A stretch of DNA of 64,000 nt from an uncultured Dehalococcoidia bacterium (GCA_951812825.1 OX638324.1:4977-68976), one strand, 5' to 3'. Counted from the first letter of the stretch, positions 36,403 through 46,219 are shown. Made by a program: numbers and translations. The notes: generated by a model not told the origin, from the letters alone.

Positions 36403-37535
36403 TGATCTCGTTCAGATAGATATGAGACGGATGGAGTTGTAAGGGAAATAGAAAGGGACCATCCTTTGGGTGAGATAGACCGAAGGAGGTCCCTTTCATG
36501 AGGGTAGTAGGACTACCCAAATCATTCTATCAGCTTTCGAAGAGGACACCAGCACAGCTGACGTTGAAAGCGCAAGATCGGATGAGGTGGGTGAGTGGCT
36601 GGAATAGGTTGAGGCAACGGGGAGTGACGGCATCGGAAGCAGCAGAGGCACTGGGACTGTCACGCTGTAGCCTGTACCGGTGGGACAAAGCCCTCAGGGA
36701 GGAAGGGCCAGCGGGCTTAGTAGACAAGAGTCGACGACCCAAGAGGGTGAGGCGGCCTACGTGGACTGTTGAGTTAGCTAGGTCAGTGCTAAAGCTGAGG
36801 GAAGAGTATCCTAGATGGGGGAAGGACAAGCTGGCGCCGTTGCTCAGGGATAAGGGCTGGGAGGTGTCCACGTCCATGGTGGGCCGCATTCTGACTCGCC
36901 TGAAGGCCCGTGGGGTGTTGAAAGAGCCGCCCCGTGACGGTATATCGGCCCGTAGGCGCACGCGTCCGCGTCCCTATGGGGTACGGAAGCCGAGGGAGTA
37001 TCAGGTCATAGAACCGGGGGACATCGTGCAGGTGGACACTTTGGACGTGCGCCCTCTGCCTGGCATGGTGCTCAAACACTTCACCGCTCGGGACATGGTC
37101 TCCAGGTGGGACGTGCTGGAGGTGCACACAAGGGCCACGTCCACACTGGCGGCCCGGTTCCTTGAGTCCATGCGGCGACGGTTTCCCTTCCCCATCAAGG
37201 CAGTTCAGGTGGATGGAGGCTCCGAGTTCATGGCGGACTTCGAGACCGCTTGCCAGAAGTTCGATATCAAACTCTTCATACTGCCGCCGCGCTCTCCCAA
37301 GCTCAACGGCCATGTGGAGCGGGCCCAGCGTACTCATACCGAAGAGTTCTACGAGCTCTATGATGGCGAACTGGATGTCTCTACCCTCAACCGGGCTCTG
37401 CTCAAATGGGAGCAAATCTACGACACCTTCCGACCTCATCACTCCCTGGACGGACTAACCCCTTTGCAGTATCTTCTCCAGTGCCACCCATCCTTGGTCC
37501 CTTCTAATCTGTCTCACATGTACTGAACGAGTACA
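36403..37535 (+). mobile_element. IS481-family insertion sequence
   Basis: Imperfect terminal IRs TGATCTCGTTCAG..TGAGAC (36403) and GTCTCAC..CTGAACGAGTACA (37535) enclosing the transposase; no TSD seen. Confidence 0.8.
36498..37526 (+). CDS. IS481-family DDE transposase
   Basis: HTH (YRW....EEG..GL.DKSRRP), PGDIVQVDT, VQVDGGSEF, P.SPKLNG.VER. Confidence 0.9.
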   Translation: MRVVGLPKSFYQLSKRTPAQLTLKAQDRMRWVSGWNRLRQRGVTASEAAEALGLSRCSLYRWDKALREEGPAGLVDKSRRPKRVRRPTWTVELARSVLKLREEYPRWGKDKLAPLLRDKGWEVSTSMVGRILTRLKARGVLKEPPRDGISARRRTRPRPYGVRKPREYQVIEPGDIVQVDTLDVRPLPGMVLKHFTARDMVSRWDVLEVHTRATSTLAARFLESMRRRFPFPIKAVQVDGGSEFMADFETACQKFDIKLFILPPRSPKLNGHVERAQRTHTEEFYELYDGELDVSTLNRALLKWEQIYDTFRPHHSLDGLTPLQYLLQCHPSLVPSNLSHMY

Positions 37536-37600
37536 GGTTCTAGCCCGCGGCGTAATGGTACAATAGATTGGTCGTTCCAGCGCATCATCGAGGTTTGAAA

Positions 37601-38809
37601 GTGCCACGCCCGAAAACTTCAACCCTGCTCCTGGTTGCCTTCAACGTCCTCGTCCTGGCTGCGGTCATAGTCGGCTGCAACCTCTTCGACCGGGACCCCG
37701 AGCCCCCTATTGCCTCCGAAGCCCTGGCGCCGCTGCCCTCGAATGCGCCGGAGGAATTCGGCGTGCTCTTCGAAGTCTACAACCACCTGCTGGAAGACCA
37801 CTACGACAGGGACAACCTCACCGCCACGCAGCTCAGCCGCGGGGCAATCCGGGGAATGCTGGACGCGCTAGACGACGACCACTCCGCCTTCCTGGACCCG
37901 GAACTATTCAGCGCCGAACTGGAGAGATTCCGCGGAAACTTCGAAGGCATCGGCGCTGAGGTCACCGAAAGGAACGGCCAGATTATCGTGGTGGCCCCCA
38001 TCCCAGACACGCCAGCAGAGGATGCGGGCATACACTCGGGCGACGTCATCCTGGAGGTTGATGGGCAGAGCGTTGAGGGTCTCAGCGTATTCGAGGTGGT
38101 GGACCTGATAAGGGGGCCGGGTGGTACCGACGTTGAACTGCTAGTTCTGCATCCCAAGGCCTCTTCCCCCGTTACGATTGTCATCACCCGAGGCGTGGTG
38201 ATAGTCCCCACCCTGGACCTCCGAATTCTCAGCGGCGGTCTGGCCCATCTCCAGCTTAACTTCTTCGGCGAAAATACCCTGGAAGAGTTCGATAAGGCCA
38301 TAGAAAGGGCCGAGCGGCTGAAGGCCAAGGGGATCATTCTGGACCTGCGAAACAACCCCGGTGGGCGGGTGGATACGGTGGTGGAACTGACCAGCCGGTT
38401 CCTGGAGGATGGCCTGGTGCTCTACCAGATGGACGGACGTCAGAACCGGATTGAATACCAGGTCACCGGCGGCAACAAGGTACCGGACCTGCCTCTCATA
38501 ATTCTCATCAACGAATTCAGCGCCAGCGCCAGCGAAATCATGGCCGGCGCCCTCCGGGACCACGGCCGCGCCCAGCTTGTGGGCGTAACGTCCTTTGGCA
38601 AGGGAAGCGTCAACATCCAGCGTCCCCTCAGCGACGGCTCAGGCGTCTACTACAGCATCGCCCGCTGGTTCACTCCAGGCGGCGACCTCATTGAAGGCGA
38701 GGGCATCGAGCCGGACATTGTCGTGGAGTCCGACCTTGAGGGAACGGAGGACTTCCAGCTGGACAAGGCCATCGAACTATTGCAGGGTGTTGTCGCGGCG
38801 GGCGGCTAG
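37601..38809 (+). CDS. ctpA: S41A carboxyl-terminal processing protease, lipoprotein
   Basis: Lipobox VIVGC; FEGIGA-PDZ; LDLRNNPGG, SASASEI, GKGSV; GTG start 37601. Confidence 0.9.
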   Translation: MPRPKTSTLLLVAFNVLVLAAVIVGCNLFDRDPEPPIASEALAPLPSNAPEEFGVLFEVYNHLLEDHYDRDNLTATQLSRGAIRGMLDALDDDHSAFLDPELFSAELERFRGNFEGIGAEVTERNGQIIVVAPIPDTPAEDAGIHSGDVILEVDGQSVEGLSVFEVVDLIRGPGGTDVELLVLHPKASSPVTIVITRGVVIVPTLDLRILSGGLAHLQLNFFGENTLEEFDKAIERAERLKAKGIILDLRNNPGGRVDTVVELTSRFLEDGLVLYQMDGRQNRIEYQVTGGNKVPDLPLIILINEFSASASEIMAGALRDHGRAQLVGVTSFGKGSVNIQRPLSDGSGVYYSIARWFTPGGDLIEGEGIEPDIVVESDLEGTEDFQLDKAIELLQGVVAAGG

Positions 38810-38812
38810 ACG

Positions 38813-39268
38813 ATGAAACGCCGAAGGGATATAGCCGTCAACCGGCGGGCATTCTTTAACTACGAGGTGCTTGAGCGTTATGAAGCGGGCATTCAGCTCA
38901 CGGGCACCGAAATTAAGTCCATCCGCGCCGCCCGCGTCGACCTGCGCGGCGCCCACGCCCGCTTCGAGGACAACGAACTGTGGCTTCACGGCATGCACGT
39001 GGCCCTCTACGACCCCGCCGGCAGTAGCAACCACGACCCCAAGCGGCCCCGAAAGCTGTTGATGCGGCGCAGCGAGATTGAGGATATAGCGGGCAAGCTT
39101 TCCCAGAAGGGCCTCACGCTGATTCCACTGAAACTTTATGTAAAGAACCACTGGGCAAAAATCCAGCTTGGCCTTGGCAGGGGCAAGCGTCAGTACGACA
39201 AGCGGAAGGCCATCGTCGAGCGGGACAAAGACCGCGAAGCCCGCCGCGCCCTTCGTCAGATCGCCTGA
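38813..39268 (+). CDS. smpB: SsrA-binding protein
   Basis: NRRA.F.Y..LE.YEAGI.L.GTEIKSIR, RKLLM.R.EI, GKRQYDKR. Confidence 0.97.
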   Translation: MKRRRDIAVNRRAFFNYEVLERYEAGIQLTGTEIKSIRAARVDLRGAHARFEDNELWLHGMHVALYDPAGSSNHDPKRPRKLLMRRSEIEDIAGKLSQKGLTLIPLKLYVKNHWAKIQLGLGRGKRQYDKRKAIVERDKDREARRALRQIA

Positions 39269-39280
39269 GCATCCCCCGCT

Positions 39281-39329
39281 CTTGTTCCTGCGAACGTAGG
39301 CTTGTGCCCGCGGACGCGGGGGCCCACTC
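39281..39329 (+). repeat. composite REP-like element
   Basis: CTTGTTCCTGCGAACGTAGG fused to CTTGTGCCCGCGGACGCGGGGGCCCACT; same family as 32326. Confidence 0.55.
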
Positions 39330-39717
39330 TTCCTCCCTCTGCCCCCATCCCCCTCCCCCACTTTGCCAACTTGCCCCTTGCCACAAACCCCCTCCCTCTG
39401 CTACCCTCACTCTCATGAAACATATAGTCGTATTGCACCACTTCACGGGACGACTCGCCGGACGCATCCTCCGTGCCGTCCATGCCCTTGACGGACTCAT
39501 GCCCTCCAGCGTCCCTGCGTCTACCGTTGAAACACCATTCGTTTTCACTACAGCAAATATCGAATCCCCGATTACGAAGGAAAATACCCTTCGTTTCCAC
39601 CACACAGCAAAACCAATCTCCCCAAAACGAATCATCTCTACAACAACAGCCGGCTCAATGGTTGCACCGGCTCTGGACATTTTCACAGCAGTAGCGGATA
39701 ATTTATCTTCAGGACAT

Positions 39718-40075
39718 GGGGACGCGCGGTTTCGACAGGGGAACGTCCTGGAAGAATTGCAGGTCGGGGCGCCGTCATCACCCCGTAATCAAGGCGGCAA
39801 AAAGTAACTGGCGAAAGAGAATACGCCCTAGCAGTCTAGGCATCTAGACTGCTCGTCTGCCCCCGTTAACCCCGGATGCGGGAAGCAGGCGCAATAAGCC
39901 CGGGGTGCTGCCATCTCCACGCCGGTTAAGGATGGCTCAAGATCAACCGGCTGGCCCCTTCAAACTTTGCCGGTAGAGGGTCAAGGGTGCGACATCAAAG
40001 TACCGGATAAGCCTGTAGCATATTCTTCCGAGACTTCTCCTGGACGGGGAGTTCGACCCTCCCCCGTCTCCACCA
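39718..40075 (+). ncRNA. ssrA: transfer-messenger RNA
   Basis: 5' GGGGACG..TTCGAC; 3' GGAGTTCGAC..CGTCTCCACCA with G3-U70 pair; downstream of smpB. Confidence 0.95.
39810..39839 (+). other. tmRNA tag reading frame (A)GEREYALAV*
   Basis: Follows AAGTAACT resume context; GGC GAA AGA GAA TAC GCC CTA GCA GTC TAG. Confidence 0.8.
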
Positions 40076-40161
40076 TCCCAAACCTTAACTTCCCCTTAAT
40101 TGCGCTTGCCCTTCCCTTGTAATATCATCGCAACCGCAGGCCGTTCACGCCGTGCGGATTC

Positions 40162-41814
40162 GTGAAGGCCCCGGCTTCACTTCCACCACACCTACTTGCG
40201 GGGGTTGCTTTTTCTGAAATGCAGCGAAGTCTTGTATCCGATGTCTCTGCTCCTCAGACCCTGGAGTCGATGGAGTCGAGCCTCTTCTCCGAACCTCTGC
40301 CTACCGCCGTCATAGACGTGGGCTCCGGTTCCGCCCGCGCGGTGGTCATGCAGGTCAACAGCGGCGGCGGCATAGAAATCATCGCCCAGCAACGAATTAG
40401 CCTGAACCTCATGAGTCACCTCACGCGTAAGGGCGCCCTCGACGACGAGAGCGTAGCCTCCACCGTGGAGGCGGTGGAAGACTTTGTTCAGCTTGCCCAG
40501 GGCTACGGCATAAGCTGCATACACGCCGTGGGCACTGCCGCCCTGCGGGAATCCAGCAACGTGCTGGAGGTGACGCAGACCATCGCCCGTCGCTTCGGAG
40601 TGACCCTTCGCGTCATTGATGGCTACGAGGAGGCGGCCTACTGCTTCCTGGGGGCCGTCCACGGCCTGCCCGTCAACGCCGGCCTCATGGCGGACCTGGG
40701 CGGCGGCAGCATGGAGGTGGTGGAATTCACAGAAAGGTCCCTTAAGACCCTCCACACCCTGCCCCTGGGTAGCCTTCGCATCGCCAACAGTTTTCGCCTG
40801 ACTCAACAGACGGCGGCGGAAGACGTGGCCGCCGCTCACCGGTACGCTCGAGAATCCCTCGCGCTAGCCAAGGTTCCTACGTTGTCCCACAACGTAGAAT
40901 TGGTGGGGTCCGGCGGCTCCATGCGCCTCTTTGCCAAGCTCGACCGCCGCCATAGGCATCATCCCGTGAAAAAGATCCACGGCTACAGCATCAGCCGCCG
41001 CGCCATGGAAACCCTCGTGAGCGACCTTACGGAAACGGACCTGCAGGAGCGCAGGCAGGTCCCGGGCATGAACCCGGAGCGTGCCCACTCTATCGTGGGC
41101 GGCGCCGTAGTGGCCTTGGCTCTGCTGGAGCACGCGGGCGCCAACAGGATTATGTTATCTGGCCAGGGCCTCCGGGAAGGGATCGCCCGCAACCCCCACG
41201 ATCTATCTTTGGAGCGCGGCATCATCCTTCCGCCTACGTCTACGGTCCGTCTGAACACCCTGGCTGACCTTAGCCAACGCTTCGCACCCCGCTATTCCCG
41301 TCGCGGGCCTCGAAGGTCAGAGATCGCACACAGAATCGCCGATGCCGTGTGGTGCGGAAAGTCCCAACTCCTCTCCGCATCCCTCCAAAGCGCTGCGTTC
41401 CTGTTGGACGTGGGCAGCGCCGTTGACTTCTACAACCGGCTGAACCGCACCGCCTCCCTCGTGGTGGCGTCGGATCTGCCCGGGTTCAGCCACCGGGAGT
41501 CTGCCCTGATAACGGCCATCCTGCTGACGGTGGAGAGCGGGCGGCTACCCCGCAAGTACCGTCGAAGTGGATTGCTCTCGCCCAACGACCGGGAGCGCGT
41601 GGGACAGGCCGCCGTGATTCTCCTGGCGGCAGACGAACTGGAGCGACGGTTGCCTCCCGAACTACGGGCGGACGCTGTGCAGATTTCCAGGAACGGCGGC
41701 GGGCTGCAGGTTTCCACTCCGGCCTGGTCCAGGAAGGCGGGCGATGCCATCGGCAAGCGCTGGGAGCGGGAATTCGGACAGCCAATCTTCATCCGGCGGG
41801 TGAGCCATGAATAA
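40162..41814 (+). CDS. ppx: Ppx/GppA exopolyphosphatase family
   Basis: AVIDVGSGS.R, VGTAALRE, EEA.Y, DLGGGSME, GLREG; degenerate HD C-domain; start uncertain (40162-40267). Confidence 0.9.
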   Translation: MKAPASLPPHLLAGVAFSEMQRSLVSDVSAPQTLESMESSLFSEPLPTAVIDVGSGSARAVVMQVNSGGGIEIIAQQRISLNLMSHLTRKGALDDESVASTVEAVEDFVQLAQGYGISCIHAVGTAALRESSNVLEVTQTIARRFGVTLRVIDGYEEAAYCFLGAVHGLPVNAGLMADLGGGSMEVVEFTERSLKTLHTLPLGSLRIANSFRLTQQTAAEDVAAAHRYARESLALAKVPTLSHNVELVGSGGSMRLFAKLDRRHRHHPVKKIHGYSISRRAMETLVSDLTETDLQERRQVPGMNPERAHSIVGGAVVALALLEHAGANRIMLSGQGLREGIARNPHDLSLERGIILPPTSTVRLNTLADLSQRFAPRYSRRGPRRSEIAHRIADAVWCGKSQLLSASLQSAAFLLDVGSAVDFYNRLNRTASLVVASDLPGFSHRESALITAILLTVESGRLPRKYRRSGLLSPNDRERVGQAAVILLAADELERRLPPELRADAVQISRNGGGLQVSTPAWSRKAGDAIGKRWEREFGQPIFIRRVSHE

Positions 41815-42634
41815 TTCCGACCTGAACATTAACTTCCCCATGGGCACCAGGTTCGGAGACCACCCCGACGACGGCAAGTACCCCGGGCGGCTGATAATCG
41901 TGGAAGGGATCGACGGTTCCGGCAAGAGCACCCAGATAGACCTGCTGGCCAAGTGGCTTACCAGCATGGGCTACGTCACCGTCTTCACCGAGTGGAACTC
42001 GTCTCCAATAGTCCGGCGCACCACAAAGCGGGGCAAAGACCAGCGTCTGCTCACCCCCATGTCCTTCAGCCTCATCCACGCGGCGGACTTTGCCAACCGC
42101 GTCTATACGCAGATACTTCCCGCTCTCAAATCGGGCACCGTGGTGCTGGCCGACCGGTATGTCTTCACCGCCTTCGCTCGCGACGCTGCAAGGGGCGTAA
42201 ACCGGGACTGGCTCCGCCGCATCTACTCCTTCGCCGTTCAGCCCTCGCTGGCCCTGTATTTCAAAGTGCCCCTGCAAGAGTCCATCAGGCGGATAGTCGC
42301 CGGTAGGGAATCCATTGGATACTACGAGTCCGGCCAGGACCTTGATCTAGCTCCCAGCCGGGAGGAATCCTTCCGCACCTTTCAGCAGCGGCTCCTGGAC
42401 GAGTACGACCGGCTCACCAATGAGTTTGAGCTGGTTGCTATCGACGCCACCGACACCATATCAAAGCAGCAAGAACTAGTGCGGAAGTACGTGGAACCTC
42501 TGCTGCCCGGCCTTATGGAGATTCACGGAGACAGCCTGCCCGAGGCCCTCAGCAGCGCCGGCCTGATAGGGCGTTACGTTCGTCGGTCCGGCTCACGCAG
42601 GATTCCGGAAACTGTTGGAGGCCCCGATGGCTAG
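41807..42634 (+). CDS. thymidylate-kinase-fold protein A (candidate PPK3-type subunit)
   Basis: VEGIDGSGKST, ADRY; lacks Tmk TREPG and SxxAYQ; 8-nt overlap with ppx. Confidence 0.85.
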   Translation: MNNSDLNINFPMGTRFGDHPDDGKYPGRLIIVEGIDGSGKSTQIDLLAKWLTSMGYVTVFTEWNSSPIVRRTTKRGKDQRLLTPMSFSLIHAADFANRVYTQILPALKSGTVVLADRYVFTAFARDAARGVNRDWLRRIYSFAVQPSLALYFKVPLQESIRRIVAGRESIGYYESGQDLDLAPSREESFRTFQQRLLDEYDRLTNEFELVAIDATDTISKQQELVRKYVEPLLPGLMEIHGDSLPEALSSAGLIGRYVRRSGSRRIPETVGGPDG

Positions 42635-43385
42635 CCCCAATGGAGCCTCAAGGGATGCAGACGGCGCACTGAATGACGGAGAGCGGCTGATGACTACGCC
42701 GAAGTTCTACGGTCATACTCCGCTGGGCCTTGGCAAGATTCACATGCCGGGCAGACTCATCGTCATAGAGGGGACCGACGGCGTGGGCCGCTCTACCCAG
42801 ATTGCCCTATTGAAGGAATGGCTGGAGACCCAAGGCCACGCCGTGCTCGATACGGGCTTTCGACGCTCCGAGCTTACCGGCGACGGCATAGACCGGGCCA
42901 TGCGGGGACACACCCTGGACCACGTAACCCTCAACCTCTTCTACGCCACCGACTTCTGGGACCGGATGGAGAAGGGCATCATCCCTGCGCTTCAGGCGGG
43001 AATGATTGTGCTCGCAGACCGATACATCTACTCCATCATCGCCCGGGCGCGGGTGCGCGGCGTCCCAGCCCGCTGGCTGGATGACGTGCTGGAGTTTGCC
43101 ATTGTGCCCCACCAGGTCTTCTACCTGGATATAGACGTGGAGCAGCTGCTTCCCAGGATGCTGGCAAACAGAGAACTGGACCATTGGGAGTCCGGCGAGG
43201 ACTTCCTCCGCAGGCCGGACCGGCATTCCAGCTTTGTTGTCTACCAGAATGCCCTGCTGCATGAGTTCCGCAACCTGGCCAAGCAGTACCGCTTCGTGAC
43301 CATTGATGCCCGCCGCAGCGTTAGGGAGGTCTTCAAAAACCTCCAGGGCGGCGTCCGCATCGAGCTCTCAAATATGCCGGGCTAG
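42627..43385 (+). CDS. thymidylate-kinase-fold protein B (candidate PPK3-type subunit)
   Basis: IEGTDGVGRST (Walker A Lys replaced by Arg), ADRY, HWESGED; GGAGG RBS; 8-nt overlap with protein A. Confidence 0.85.
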   Translation: MASPNGASRDADGALNDGERLMTTPKFYGHTPLGLGKIHMPGRLIVIEGTDGVGRSTQIALLKEWLETQGHAVLDTGFRRSELTGDGIDRAMRGHTLDHVTLNLFYATDFWDRMEKGIIPALQAGMIVLADRYIYSIIARARVRGVPARWLDDVLEFAIVPHQVFYLDIDVEQLLPRMLANRELDHWESGEDFLRRPDRHSSFVVYQNALLHEFRNLAKQYRFVTIDARRSVREVFKNLQGGVRIELSNMPG

Positions 43386-43397
43386 AATTATCCCAAA

Positions 43398-43462
43398 CCC
43401 CTGCCCTCTCGACGGGGGAAGGTTGGAGCCTGTCCTGAGCTTGTAGAAGGGATGGGGGTGAA
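43398..43462 (+). repeat. composite REP (14138-type hairpin with nested GAGCCTGTCCTGAGCTTGTAGAAG insert)
   Basis: Flanks match 14138-14175; insert matches 8837. Confidence 0.7.
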
Positions 43463-43469
43463 TCGCCAT

Positions 43470-44657
43470 CTAAGCCAAAATTCGCTCCCCGTATAGGCGG
43501 ACGGCATTGTCCCACAGAATCTTGCGCTTGCTCTCGTCGCAGATGGGCTGGGCAATGAAGTCCGGCAGCGCCTTCTCCGGGTCCGGCGCGTCTGGATGAG
43601 AGTAGTCCGTGTTCCATACGATGTTGTCGTTGCCTAGGGCGTCCACCACACCCTTCAGGTGGAACTCGTCCGGGTCGCAGGCCACAAAGCCTTGGCGGAG
43701 GAAGTACTCGCTGGGCTTCAGGGGCAGCGGGTCCATGTCGTACCACATCCCCTGCCGCTTGTCCCTCATGCCGTGGTCGTTGAGGCGGCCCAGCCAGAAG
43801 GGCAGCCAGCCGGCGTTGCCTTCCAGGAAGGACACCCTCAGCTTGGGGAACCGCTCCATCACGCCCAGGAAAATGAGGTGTCCCAGGGAGATCATGTTCT
43901 CGAAGGGGAAGCCGATGGCGTGTTCAAGGGCCACTTCGGGGCCGGAAACCTCGGAGCGGGGCTGGTAGCGTACGCCGGTATGTGGCTCGCCGCTGCTGAC
44001 GCCGTGGAAGGAGACGGGGAAGTCCAGCTCCTCTGCCAGGGCCCAGAAGGGGTCGTAGGCCGGGTCGTGCCAGGGGCGGCCCTTCTCTGCGCGGGGCATC
44101 GTGACCGTAACCGCGCCAAGCTCATCTATCACCCGCCGCGTTTCCGTCACCAACCCTTCGATGTCGTGCTGATTTGGAAGCACGCCCACCATCTTGATGC
44201 GGCTGGGGGCTGTGTCGCAGAAGTTTCTGGAGAAGTTGTTATAAGCGCGGGCGCAGGCCCAGAGGAGACCCTGATCGCGGCCAGAGACGCGTAGCGGGTG
44301 GGGGCCGTTGTCAATCAACACCTGCTTGTCCCAGCCAAGCGCGTCCATGTGCTCAATGCGGCTCTCCGGCGTGAACCCCTTGGCGTAGGCCGCGCCGTAC
44401 TTCTCGGCCATCACGTCGCGGTCGTCAATAGTGACCTCTCGGTTGACTCCCGCTCCCTGGATGGTGGTCTTGACCCGGTTTCCCTCGGGGAAGATCTCAC
44501 ATTCCATGAAGCTGCGGCTGGCTCCAACGCGGCTCTCCGACGCGGGGCCGACGATGGGCCTGCGGTGATAGTATTCCGGCTCCATAAACTCGCTCCACAG
44601 GTCATGGGGCTCCGTAATGTGCGCGTCTGAGTCGATAACCTTGAATTCCTTGTACAT
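43470..44657 (-). CDS. amidohydrolase_2 family protein
   Basis: VIDSDAHITEP, AYNNF, FHG, FLEGNAGW, WNTDYSHPD. Confidence 0.9.
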   Translation of the reverse strand: MYKEFKVIDSDAHITEPHDLWSEFMEPEYYHRRPIVGPASESRVGASRSFMECEIFPEGNRVKTTIQGAGVNREVTIDDRDVMAEKYGAAYAKGFTPESRIEHMDALGWDKQVLIDNGPHPLRVSGRDQGLLWACARAYNNFSRNFCDTAPSRIKMVGVLPNQHDIEGLVTETRRVIDELGAVTVTMPRAEKGRPWHDPAYDPFWALAEELDFPVSFHGVSSGEPHTGVRYQPRSEVSGPEVALEHAIGFPFENMISLGHLIFLGVMERFPKLRVSFLEGNAGWLPFWLGRLNDHGMRDKRQGMWYDMDPLPLKPSEYFLRQGFVACDPDEFHLKGVVDALGNDNIVWNTDYSHPDAPDPEKALPDFIAQPICDESKRKILWDNAVRLYGERILA

Positions 44658-44807
44658 AGTCCAACCTCTCTTCCTGTGAATTGAGTTCTTGGGGCTTTCT
44701 CCTCCGCCCTCTTCCCGCATTGTAGACTTATGTAAAGCCCCCTGTCCAACCCCCTAACCCTCAGATTACATCATTTCCGCCGCCACGTCATTTCCACTCC
44801 CCCAGCC

Positions 44808-44891
44808 TGTAATTCTGAACGCAGTGAAGAATCTCGTTAGGATTCTGCGAAATTGAGCTCCATCTGGTAGGGGTGGTGCGCGAACCGCCCT
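44808..44891 (+). repeat. two REP-like palindromes
   Basis: 44808-44835 TGTAATTCTGAACGCAGTGAAGAATCTC (32244 family); 44867-44891 GTAGGGGTGGTGCGCGAACCGCCCT (GTAG type). Confidence 0.6.
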
Positions 44892-44977
44892 TTCCCCCAG
44901 ACCCGCGCCCCTTCGCTCCAAACCCAATGGCTGGTAGACTAGCCCGCGTATACGAGCCGGGTTTAGAGGTGATGAGC

Positions 44978-46219
44978 ATGAAGGCAATTGTCGGGGCGAG
45001 GCTTATTGATGGTACGGGCGTGCCGCCCATCCCAAATACCACTGTGATCGTTGGTGGCGATAGCATCCTTGGCGTTCACCCTGCCGGCAGCGTCGAAGTG
45101 CCCTACGAAGCAGAAGTTGTAGACGCCACGGGTCTGACACTGATGCCAGGGCTGATCGACACCCACGACCACCTGGCCCACTTCGGCCACGACCTGGCCG
45201 TCCGGTGGGGCATCGACGAACCGCAGAGTCTGCGCCACGCCCGGGTCTTCGACGTGCTCAAGCAGACGCTGGAGACGGGGTTCACCACCGTCCGCGACGC
45301 CGCCGGACTGGACGCCGGCTTTCGCGACGCGGTGGACAGGGGATTGATGCCGGGACCCCGGCTAAAAGTGGCGCTGAACTTCATCACGCCCACGGCGGGA
45401 CAGGCGGACCGCACCAGCCCCTCCGGCCACTCCCCCGCCGTGATTCCCCAGCCCGACCTGCCCCTGGGCATCGCCGATGGGCCCTTCGCCATGCGCGCCA
45501 AGGTGCGGGAGATGGTCCGCGCCGGCGCCGACGTTATAAAGACCGCAGTGAACGGTTGGGGTCGTCCCACTAGAGGACTGGGGCCTAGAGACCAGATAAT
45601 GACCCGCGAGGAGCTGGACGCCCTCGTAGACGAGGCGCACGTGATGAGCCGCAAGGTGATGTGCCACGTTCTGGGCGGGTCGGGCCTGCGCATGGCCGTG
45701 GAAGCGGGAGTGGACTCCATTGAGCACGGCTCCTATCTGAACCAGGACCCGGAACTCCTCGAAATGATGGCCCGGAAGGGGATCTACTTCGCCCCCACCT
45801 TCAGCGTCTTCTACTATCACGAAAGGCGGGGAAGCCCCCACGAAAGCGCCCGTGCCCTGCACTTTCGAGAGCACCACGCGGAGAGTCTGCGGCTGGCCCT
45901 GGAAGCGGGGGTGCAGGTGGTGGCGGGCTGCGACGCGGGAGCCTTCGTCCACGGCAACAACGCCCACGAGCTGACCTGCCTGGTTGAGCGCGGAATGAAG
46001 CCTATGGACGCTATCCGGGCTGCAACGGGCCGCGCGGCTCAGTGCCTGGGATTGGAGAACTCCATCGGCACGGTTAAGGCGGGGTTGAAGGCGGACCTCA
46101 TCCTGGTAGAGGGCGATCCCCTGGAGGACGTGTCAATTCTGGAGTACGGTCGCGCCGTGAACTGGGTGATGAAAGACGGGGAAGTCTACGTGGACCGCCG
46201 CCTCTCCCGTCTTCCGTAG
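44978..46219 (+). CDS. amidohydrolase family protein (prolidase-like)
   Basis: PGLIDTHDH, GFTTVRDA, GADVIK, CH, SIEHG, AGCDAG, GLKADL. Confidence 0.9.
   Translation: MKAIVGARLIDGTGVPPIPNTTVIVGGDSILGVHPAGSVEVPYEAEVVDATGLTLMPGLIDTHDHLAHFGHDLAVRWGIDEPQSLRHARVFDVLKQTLETGFTTVRDAAGLDAGFRDAVDRGLMPGPRLKVALNFITPTAGQADRTSPSGHSPAVIPQPDLPLGIADGPFAMRAKVREMVRAGADVIKTAVNGWGRPTRGLGPRDQIMTREELDALVDEAHVMSRKVMCHVLGGSGLRMAVEAGVDSIEHGSYLNQDPELLEMMARKGIYFAPTFSVFYYHERRGSPHESARALHFREHHAESLRLALEAGVQVVAGCDAGAFVHGNNAHELTCLVERGMKPMDAIRAATGRAAQCLGLENSIGTVKAGLKADLILVEGDPLEDVSILEYGRAVNWVMKDGEVYVDRRLSRLP

Noticed and set aside
39114-39807. ORFs between smpB and ssrA (39114-39686, 39256-39603, 39304-39807, 39473-39694)
   Set aside because: They overlap smpB, a REP or the tmRNA; no recognisable motifs, RBS or host codon bias
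39718-40161. ssrA as an integration site for a genomic island, as in Dehalococcoides
   Set aside because: No integrase next to ssrA and no duplicated ssrA 3' end seen elsewhere in the window
41807-43385. Ordinary duplicated tmk genes
   Set aside because: Both lack Tmk-specific TREPG and AYQ motifs, one has a degenerate Walker A, and both are coupled to ppx
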